Positions 11,597-21,003 of a stretch of DNA of 64,000 nucleotides are shown here, one piece after another. The stretch covers positions 682,001 through 746,000 of the forward strand of contig OZ374565.1 in assembly GCA_977862235.1 (NCBI GenBank). Reading direction: 5' to 3'. The position numbers and the translations under genes were made by a program. The first letter of the stretch is position 1; each line of letters opens with the position of its first letter. The DNA is from Dudresnaya verticillata. Lineage: Eukaryota. Under the pieces are notes generated by a model, which was not told where the DNA came from, made no database searches, and was given only the letters and a program-made list of their open reading frames with translations.

Positions 11597-12187
11597 TTAG
11601 CTCTCCAGTTCGGGACACAATACTGTGTGAGTAAAGCGGTGCGGGTACTTAACCATCTTCTCGAAATTGGGGCACTTGAATATCTTTCCGTTGCGACTAA
11701 CGACAAACGCCGGACTGTTCACCTCGTGAATAGTCTCGGCGCCGAGCCTGTATTTCGCTCCGCGCTGATCGCGGGGAGAAATACCTTGGCTCGCGAGGCA
11801 CGCGTTAGTCATCACGTGCCTCTTAAGCTCTGCGTATGTGCTGAAAACGTCTCGATCTGAGTGTAGCCCACAGTGCGGGCAGCCCGGAATGCCACGGCGT
11901 GCGCCCGCCCCGCTTTTCCCCACCCTAATTAAAACGTTACACGATTCAACAAGGCAGCGGCAGCGGGCGTTTAAATGCACTACCCGGCCCGAGGCCACGG
12001 GTTGGGTATCCTCACCGGTTCCTTCGGACTCACTCTCCGACGGAGAGGGAGTCCGCGGGGATAGGTCCTTGGATGCAGGGGGCGGGACCATGAAGGTGCG
12101 TCGGCTTGGTGAGCCCCCGCGGGCGGCGCGTCTCCGGCGGGTGGCAATTTGCGGTCCGCGAGAAGGGCCCGGAGCAGCAATAAACAC
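11597..12187 (-). CDS. hypothetical C2H2/C2HC zinc-finger-like protein, possibly a fragment
   Basis: CPHC-x8-F-x5-L-x2-H pattern (CPHCGLHSDRDVFSTYAELKRH) and a second degenerate finger FKCPNF..YPHRFTH..LC. Confidence 0.4.
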   Translation of the reverse strand: MFIAAPGPSRGPQIATRRRRAARGGSPSRRTFMVPPPASKDLSPRTPSPSESESEGTGEDTQPVASGRVVHLNARCRCLVESCNVLIRVGKSGAGARRGIPGCPHCGLHSDRDVFSTYAELKRHVMTNACLASQGISPRDQRGAKYRLGAETIHEVNSPAFVVSRNGKIFKCPNFEKMVKYPHRFTHTVLCPELES

Positions 12188-12482
12188 TGATTTTCCGCGT
12201 TACAGAATGTACGTTGAAAAAAAACTGAAATAAAACGTTTCCAAAGTACGTGCGTTGGAAAGGGGAGCATCCCCTAAGCACGCTGGTGCAAACGGAGTAG
12301 AGAACTAAGCAGTAGTTCGCGCGTTATGTCGGTTGGCGTGCTAACCCGGCAGCGGGTCTGAAATAATTAATTTTGCTGTAATTTCCGAGCTTTTTTAATT
12401 CGGATTTTGAGGTAACCTAGGCTACTTATATGGCCCCTCATCGCGCAGTATACCCTGCTCCAACAGTACAGAACTACTCGTC
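12185..12482 (+). repeat. left long terminal inverted repeat
   Basis: Reverse complement of 26358-26657. Shared blocks include TTTTTTAATTCGGATTTTGAGGTAACCTAGGCTACTT and CAACAGTACAGAACTACTCGTC. Confidence 0.9.
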
Positions 12483-14343
12483 GGTGCAATACAGCTCACG
12501 CCGCTATATGCACGGAATCGTCCTTTCCATTCTGTCGAAGTGCAGTCGAAATAGGCACTTGGCGCTACATCCTGCACACGCATTCTAGGTCAAAAACTGC
12601 TCAGTTACAATATGGGAGCCCTCCCTCGAACTAGCGTGTTACAACAGGCTCCCTCACCCGGGTTCGTCTCGCGGAACACGCGCAACAAGAACTTTATGGG
12701 TGTCGTTGGTCGTCTGACTCAAATCCTCTTCCTTTGCATCTGTCACGGCGTGCTAATTCCATCGCGATTGGTGATCATATTTTTGCTCATGTTGATGCTC
12801 ATGCGCGTCATCATGTAGCAGTACATGCAGATAACTGCGAACGATTGAAGAATTCGCTCCAACCACAGCGTTAGCGGCTGGACCTGATACCCCGAGTAAA
12901 ACACCGTATTCATGCAGTAGGCTGTCCGGTACCTGTTCGCTAGTAGCTACTATTGACCATCATCTGATTCGCAGTGCGCGAAGGTTGTACAGGACTTTCA
13001 ACATAAAATTGGCGGGCTCCGCAAAGCTTGTTGCACTTCGGAAGGCAGACATATTGTAAATGTGAACGCCACAGGCTGTGTGGTTCAGTTTCGGTCAGTA
13101 GAACGCCCCGTTTACTTTCCATGTCCTGTAACTTTCAACTTCAACAGGTAGAACGGGACATCCGCCCACTACTTGCTTACTCAGCTGTTGTCCAGGATTC
13201 CCTAATATCAACCTGTCTTATCCAACTACCTGTTGAGCCCGAAACCGCTCGGATCAGTCAACCGTCAATTGGAAGAAGAGTCCAACATAGCCTGGTGCAG
13301 TACATTCCCTCCCTAGTAATGCCCTTCACACGATGATATCGTTATTTGACCACAAGCGTAGCGCCTCTCCTTGTAATAGTCTTCTTATAGCTGTTTCTGA
13401 GCACCGTACTCATCCCTAAGCATATGAATATCCCGCCGATCCTCATCCTCGCTTGAAACATATTCATCCAAAAACGTACTGCTGGTTGTAGCTATCCTTT
13501 GAGCCCGAGTCTGTTATTCTCGTTTTGCCGCTTGAATCGCTCCTGCAGTACAGTTGTGCTACCAGGGGAAATCCCGGCAAAAGTCCCATATCGCGTTCAG
13601 CCACCGAAGCCGCCACCCAACCCTGTCTTGAATGCTGACGGCGGACGATTTAGAATCAAGCTTTTTGATGTCTTGCGTTGAGGTAGGCATGCCACTGTAG
13701 AACGCTTGAGGTTAAATGGGTCAGGGTTCCTGCTATTCCCCTACATGCACGCCCAATCGTTCAGGCCGCCGTTGCGCCCATAAAAGATGCAAGGATTCTG
13801 CAGCATCGAGTACAAAGCAAATGAAGGTGCGTTGCTACGCAAGAAGCTGCACGCGTGTAGAGTCATAGCTTTGCCTCGCAGTGTGAATGGGGTTTCAATC
13901 TGTTTAAACGTTTCCCGCATTAGAATGACTCTCCAAAGCCATGATCCGAATTGTTCCAACGATTTGGTACTGTGCCTTCTTCAGGGCCTCTAAGGAGAGC
14001 GAGCGACCCGGAAGGAGGAATAACCTTTCCTGCACTCCTCCAACTATAGTTGGCTATTGCCAGCCCCGTCTCCAACATCGTCACTCCCTGCAAATATAGA
14101 CGTTGCACGATTCATAACAATCGCTGCTGTTGTGGCCAGGGGTCGGGTACTAGCGGGTTTACCAATTGCTTTCGAGCACCGGGATTCGTCTGGTTAGGCA
14201 CATATGCGTGTTCTCGTTCTGAAAATATCGGAACCTCCTAGAATCAGACTGGCAAATCAGGTGGTTCCACGCTATTTCGCGATATCTCCCAGACGTTTCA
14301 CCAGCGCCGGCACCTGCCGTCGCCTCCTCAATGTTAATTCCCG

Positions 14344-17300
14344 GTGGTATCATCAGCTGGAAAGAGATCTCCGCGACGTGGAGACGACAACGGTCTGCAA
14401 GCTGGAGCAGAAATGTCGACATATTCAGCTGCAGTTCGTGAAGGTGATGATGGGAAGGAAATTGTTACTCCCCCTACGCGAAGGCGTGTTCAGTTGCTCG
14501 ACAAAGGGCTGATAGTCGGCACCGCTGAGCCGATCGCCCCGCCAGAGCCTAGTGCAGCGGACAGAACAGGATGCTATTGGACTAGACTACATGGGAATTA
14601 TCTGCACAAGGTCGAGGAGGAAGGGCAAACGTTGGCGGTCATTTACAAGGTGAAGATAGAAGAAGAGTTTGCTTCGAAGCCCTACCGTTACACCTACAAG
14701 GGCGTCGAAGATCCACCTGCTACTCTTCGCGGTTTTGAGGTAGGAATGCATGTTTGGGATGTGGCGCAGATGCGTAACAAACATGCTGCCGCCCGCTCCA
14801 GTACTGCAGCAGACACAGCTTTCCCCGCGACCCATCTCCCCGGGGAGTAACCGTCTATGAAAACACCGCCAAAGAGTCGCCGACGAGGAAAAAGGCTGGC
14901 TGTCGATTCCCCGCAAACAGCTCCTTCGCCGGTATTAACCGCATCGCCTCTGCAATAAAGACCTCGAACCAGACCGCGATGGCGCCCTCGACCAGAGGTT
15001 TCAAATACAGCTGGTATACCCAGACCGAGTATGAAGGATTCTTCGGAATCAGAAGAATCTGGTGACGAGGGCGATAAAAAAGTGCTGAGGATGAGGAGGA
15101 TGCCGAAATAGAACGACCAGTTGAGGCAAACGCGGTGCCCAGCCCTCCTGGGGAGCCAACTGCTGCTGTTAGCACAGGGTCGGAAGAGGGGGATGTGGAC
15201 ATAGCACAAGGGCACACCCGGCAGAAGCGAAGTTACAACTATCACAGCAGGCCGAAAGGAACCCGTTGTGCTCCTTTGATGGCCAGAAAGCGCCGGAAAC
15301 TGCTCGAAGACCTTGAGAACACAAACATCTCGTCATGGTTATGTTGTCAGTCAAAACAATGTTTTGCGACAATTGAAAGCACATATATTCAGGAGGAAGC
15401 GAGGCGTACGATTGTAATGAACGGAGCAGCTCGGCGGGTATATCTACGAAGCCTGTTGGAACCCAACTCTAATATGTACTTCTTAAACGCCAGGCCCCTG
15501 TGTTACACGTTTCTGGAACGGGCATTTGGATTTTCGAGGGACTTGCAGTCGTCGACGAAAGGAACGAGACAGGCCCGAAGGCGGGCCGGCCCCGGAAAGA
15601 GCTCGCGAGATGCTTCCACAGACTCTCTTGAACTCATTGTGAGCTTCTTAGAGAGGTTAGCGGAAGCTACATCTAACGCAATGCCGGACAGAGACGAGCT
15701 TCATCTACCCTTCTTTCAAAAGTAGGCGGTGTACGAGGTCTTTGTGGGTGAGCTTTCCAAATTGTACCGAGGAAAGACACCGCCGTCTAAGAGCTACTTT
15801 TACACTGTTTGGACTGCACATTGCGCAAGGATCAAAGTGCGCAAAACCCACCGATTCGCGAAGTGTGCCGAGTGCGAGACTGTGAGGGACCAACGTGCCC
15901 GCATGACTTCGGGGGGTGCAGACCAGACGGCAACAGAGGGATTGAGACAGCGCCGCAGGCGGCATATAGAGATGGTAAGGCAGGAAAGAATCGAGTACCG
16001 GAAGAAATGCGACATGGCAAAACTCTCGCCGACAAGGTATTGCTCAATGATGATCGATGCGGCAGATCAATCGGCGCGTGGTCTGCCGCACTTCCATATT
16101 CGATCGAAAGCCACAACGGGTCATGCGCTGGCAGCAAAGTTAATAGGAGTACTGGACCACGGTGCTGCAGATCGATTGTCGTTATTAACAATGACTGCCG
16201 AGCTCGAATCCGGTGCAAACCATATTGTTGAGGCGTTGTACCTCGTGTTAGCAACCAAATATGATAGAGGGGAGGTCCGGGGCATTCTCTTTCTGCAAGG
16301 AGACAACTGTACACGTGCAAACAAGAACACGTTCCTACTCGCGTACTTGGAGTCGCTCGTGTCGTGGGGGTATTTACTGAAGTGCATATGTCTTTCTTGC
16401 CAATCAGGCACACACATGCCGACATCGACCAAACTTTTAGTTGCACCTCCAGGAGGCTTCGCGTCGACGATGCGGTGACTATGCAGGACTTGATGGAGGA
16501 ACTACGCCAATCGTACACACCCGCGCCTATAGTGACGCGCATGCGACACATCGCGAACTGGTCCGGACTCTGCAAACAGGAAAAGTGTATTGGGGGGGTT
16601 GAGCCTTTCTCCCACTTTCGCTCCTTCAAATTGTCCGGATCGGAACTGGACTCCGGCTCTACTGCACCTTATTATAAGACGAAGTGTGAGGTACGAGTGG
16701 GTTGCAAGGATTCGTGGAAGGCGTTGAAAACAATGGGACCTCAACAAGGTTTCTTGCTATTCCCACCCGAGTTGGGAAAGACACCTGCCACTGCGATAAT
16801 ATCCCCTCCAGATAAAGAAGAAGTAAGCAAGCGCTTACGCTCAGAGGAGCTGCGAATCAATGACTCCGCGAAGCTAAAGGAGTTACAAAAGTTGCGCGAT
16901 GAGGTCTTCCGCGATCGCGAGGAGCCTCTGCATTGGGACCTGAGAAAGGTATTCGAGAAGAAGGTGTATATGGAAAGTCGGAGCAAGTTGTCGAAAACGA
17001 TGGTGAACCGGGGGAGGATGCAGATAGAGAGGCCGAGAAGGAGGATGACGCTGAGCACGAGACTCAGCGTGCTGACTTGACTTATGGTGTCAACCGTTTC
17101 GTGGTGCTGAACATTAAGGACAGTAATGTGCCTTTCTGGATCGCACAGGTACAGGGCTAGAAGAAGGGCAGCGCGGGTGTCGTTTGAACCCTGTCAATCA
17201 GGTGGTATGAGGTTGGTTCAGGACAGGACGCGTGGGACGGTAAATATCGCCCTTCTGTCTACGCCAGAACCAAGAAGGCATGGACTGATGACGTTGATGC

Positions 17301-17394
17301 GGCGTCTGTCCTCGTTGAGTTTGAGAAGCTGTCCAATAGATGCCTGCCCCAAGCTGTTAAGAAGAAGATACGAGACTCTCTACAGATATCGTAG
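14344..17394 (+). pseudogene. DDD/E RNase H-fold transposase (DUF7869/Sola-like motifs), decayed
   Basis: Consecutive ORF pieces 14344-14850, 15135-15725, 15729-16478, 16364-17080, 16933-17394. Cys motifs CCQSKQC and FAKCAEC; catalytic-type motifs MIDAADQ, LQGDNCTRANKN, FLPIRHTHADIDQTFS; C-terminal FVVL..PFWIAQV..IRWYE beta-barrel-like domain. Confidence 0.8.
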
Positions 17395-19474
17395 CACGAC
17401 AGACCATTAAACTGTTTGCTCTTGCGGTGCATCATTTGGAGTCTAGCACATTTCATATCCAAGTGAGCCCTCGAGGTGTCTCAGATCGGGCAGCTTGCGC
17501 ATTGCGCCGCTGTTGCATTTGCGGTTGGCGGGCGCAGGCGAGCGCGTGTTGGGAGCGTGGCGCGTCTCTTCTCGCAGTTTGCGAGATAGACGGTAACCGT
17601 CGTTGTAGCGTGACACACAAAACTTTAATGCTGCGTAGATAGTGCCAGCACACTTCTCGTTGGCTACATACATATTGTCATGAAGCACTACGCAACACTT
17701 TCTCAACTACAACCTTGACACGCTCTATTGCATTCAATAGGGCCAACTTGTGTTTTACAACGTGCTCGTTCGGGCAGTGACTCTCAGCCTGTCCTTTCTC
17801 CCAAGTTGCATTTCCTGACTGCCGCGAATCCAAGAGGATATATGTAGTTTTCGAACTCTCCCATCAAATGCCTGCTCGCAGAACGCATCGAAAACCTTTT
17901 GAAACGCCATGACATACTTGTCAACACAAAACCACCGCATATGGGGCTCTGCCGTAATCACCCCCATGTGAGTCACTTAGAACCCCTCACTACTGGCCAG
18001 GCACGGTCACTTCCTTGCCATCACCGCGCGGGGGCCATGCAGCGCAAACTGAACCTCTTCGATTAACACATGTAGAGTACATATATCTTCTACTTAGAGG
18101 ACACCCCAAAAGGTTGGGTTCGTGGTTGCTTAGATTCTTGCTGCGTGCACCTTCGTCTTGAACAAGGAAATCTGTTTGTACTGTGCACATCCCCCCCGAT
18201 TGCATCCTTTCGCAACCTCTTTCTCACTGCGACAGCCGCCGAGGAGAGTTTCTATTTACTCCCAGTCCTCCCACCGATCCTCGTTCAAGGAGCAAGCTCT
18301 CCAAAACGACAAGTCATGATTATCCTATCCGTGCATGCGATAGGAAAGCCAAGCATAATGTTACAGGGCTCACTTTCTTGTGTGCAGAAACAAGTACTGC
18401 TGTGCGTGCCACCCACGGAGTGCTTGGCAGGCACTGCGCAGTTGATATCAACAACGGTCCGAACCCAGATGACGTGTTTACACTGCCTAATAGGACTGGA
18501 ATAACACAATTCAGGATGCACGGGATAGGCTTACTCACTTCTTAACGCCGTTTCGGAAAGAAACCTCGGAAAAACGCACCTCCATGTCGAGACGTTGACT
18601 CGGTCGTCACTCCTTCGTTTTTAGCGGTATTCGATGCCAATGACGTTGCCATCGAAGATGTCGCTGATCATCTCCAGCAGCTATGCCAAACTCTTCCACG
18701 CTCATCGTTGGTGGTCCCGATTCTTGATTCGCTTAAGCGCTTCAGCTGAAGCGCTCTCAGAGCCTTGCAAGTCTGATCGACTAGCCGACTCGGGACGTTT
18801 TTCTTCCGCTTAGTGCTTTTCTTGTGGCGTCGTTGCCGTGCTTACCCCAGCCTGACAATACCTGGCCCTCGGTTTTCGCAGCTGTCGCACTCTGTTTTGA
18901 TCGGGAGTGCACGGGCAGTTGACCAGAGGATTGATGAAGACCTGGACGGCCAAAATGCAGCATTACCCGGTTTGCACGGGCTGTATTCAGACGCCCACGT
19001 GCGTGCAACCTTTTCCGTAGTCAGCTTGAAGGGTTAGCGCTCCCTCTCCTCATGAGTCTCGACAAGCTCAAATACATCGACGTATGTATCCTTGTGAAGA
19101 GCTCGTAGTGCCGCCTTGTACTCTGAGGTACCCATACACATCGGTTCCATATTGGGCATCACGGAAGCAACGCGGAGGCGTGGGCGCGGCAGCTGTGGGA
19201 GCGAATGTCGCGCTGATGATGGGAGAGTATTGCGCGCGCGTCTACGCTCTATTAGCGCAGCAGCAGACGCAGCAGACCTCGACAACACCAGGCGGACGTC
19301 GACGCTGCTCTGCGACTGCAGCCTGCTCAGGGCGGCACATACAGCTGAGGGTGTGGGTGTGTTGCGTAGGGGGCGTTTTGGGCAAGGAAGCAGATGCAGC
19401 TATTCTGATGTGTGTCATACCGACCGCGCGGCCGCGTGCCTGCAGCGATGGGACTGTGTGATTCCGAGATGGCC

Positions 19475-19812
19475 GGATAGGTTTCTGCGAATGCGAGCCG
19501 CCAGGACCTATCCGGCAATATCGATATTAGTTTTTAGGTTTTCTCGACCCGCCGACGCAAAAACCTTTCTAATAGGTATTCTGATTGCGTGCTTACAAAT
19601 ACCTATAAAGGTATTTCTGACGAGCCGACAGCAAAACCTATTGCAATAGGTTTTGTGAAAGTGATTTGGAAAATATCTATATAGGTATTTCCAGATTCAG
19701 TGTAGAAATACCTATTAAACAGATATTCAATCTCGCGCGCCGTGAAAAACTATTCGCCAATATTGATATTGGTTTTTAGGTTTCTGTAAGGTCGTGCTGT
19801 GAAAACCTATCC
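19475..19812. repeat. cluster of AAACCTA / TAGGTTT palindromic repeats
   Basis: Perfect 22-bp palindrome AAAACCTATTGCAATAGGTTTT (19633-19654), plus variants AAATACCTATAAAGGTATTT and AAATATCTATATAGGTATTT. Confidence 0.75.
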
Positions 19813-20132
19813 GGGGCTCCCGGGGCTCGATTGAACACAGTCCGCCGCCTGCCGGCGCTCGTTGCCAGATTTGTGCGTGCACCTTGCGCACCATGCCGCG
19901 CACCATCCACAATGCCGCCAGTTCTTCCTGTTCACGCCGAGGCTATCATTGCTGAACCCGCGCCGGGTTTAGAGCCGGCGCCCATGTGATGCAGAAACGC
20001 TCTCGCATGGTCAATTTTCCTGCGCACAGCGCAGGGAGTCGTCTTCCGCGGCATTACCGTCAAGAACGGATACGGGCGCGTGTCGTGTTGTTGGAGCGTG
20101 AGAAGAGATGGAAAGAGGCAACACAACGCAAT

Positions 20133-20468
20133 TTACATTCCAATTTCTGTCGAGGCACAGGACCACTCTAAAGATTGCCGATGGTTACACATTTCCGGTA
20201 TCCCCCCCTCCATCCGAACCAGGGTTCTGTTCGTTCTGTGCTGGACCATACATTCTGGTAATCGCCTGTATAGGGCACTGACTCTCCCCCTAATGCTCCT
20301 CAGCGCGTTCAGAGCTCGCCTGCCTTCTCCGTACACAATCTCTCTCACGGCTTGTGCCACGGCCCGAAGTTGCTCATCGAGATAGTTTGCTCTCGTCTGC
20401 AGTTCTCGAACCTGCAGACGGAGGTCGTCAATCTCACCTCTCAGCTCCTGGAGTGTTTGACGCGTCAT
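20133..20468 (-). CDS. small coiled-coil hypothetical protein (transposon-borne)
   Basis: ATG-initiated, heptad pattern LQELRGEIDDLRLQVRELQ. Confidence 0.5.
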   Translation of the reverse strand: MTRQTLQELRGEIDDLRLQVRELQTRANYLDEQLRAVAQAVREIVYGEGRRALNALRSIRGRVSALYRRLPECMVQHRTNRTLVRMEGGIPEMCNHRQSLEWSCASTEIGM

Positions 20469-20550
20469 TCTGATTTCTCTTCTAGCCTCTTCTCACTCGG
20501 CACGTCGGTGTGCAGTGCAATGGCGATCAAACTGGAGGGGCAGGCAAATG

Positions 20551-20790
20551 TTATTCTGGATCTGAATCCAACTCGATTTCCACCTCTTCTCTGTGTTCAA
20601 TTCCCAACCTTTCTTCAATTGAACGTAGTCTGTTCCGATCCTGCCTGGCAAACGTCATGACCTGTACAACGACCTTTCCCACGCGGTTGAAAACATCGCT
20701 ATATATGGCATCCAGGCGCAGTCGTGCGTCATCAATGAACGACCTCATCTCAAGAACCTCAGCCCGAAGAGTCTGAACTTCACGCAACAT
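20551..20790 (-). CDS. small coiled-coil hypothetical protein with an acidic tail (transposon-borne)
   Basis: MLREVQTLRAEVLEMR...EEVEIELDSDPE; resembles 25362-25631. Confidence 0.5.
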   Translation of the reverse strand: MLREVQTLRAEVLEMRSFIDDARLRLDAIYSDVFNRVGKVVVQVMTFARQDRNRLRSIEERLGIEHREEVEIELDSDPE

Positions 20791-21003
20791 TGTCGTGGGG
20801 TCAAGACTCGGAATTCGGTCGCGATGTCCATGTGAGGCGTTCATGGGGTATGTCGTTGTCCACGTTCCAGACGTTGCAAGGCCATTGCAGTAAAGCCGCA
20901 CTTGATCTGGAATAAATGCTGTGGAAGGAGGATTCTGAAAAGCTCGTGCCAGGCGATTATACCCAATATGCATCTCGGAGGTTACTCTGACGGTAGTATC
21001 GTA

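Noticed and set aside
11840..11885. CPHCGLHSDRDV resembles the TnpB/Fanzor zinc ribbon + RuvC-III (CxxCG...DRD.NA)
   Set aside because: No RuvC-I/II motifs upstream and no NAA after DRD. The following F-x5-L-x2-H fits a C2H2-type finger better.
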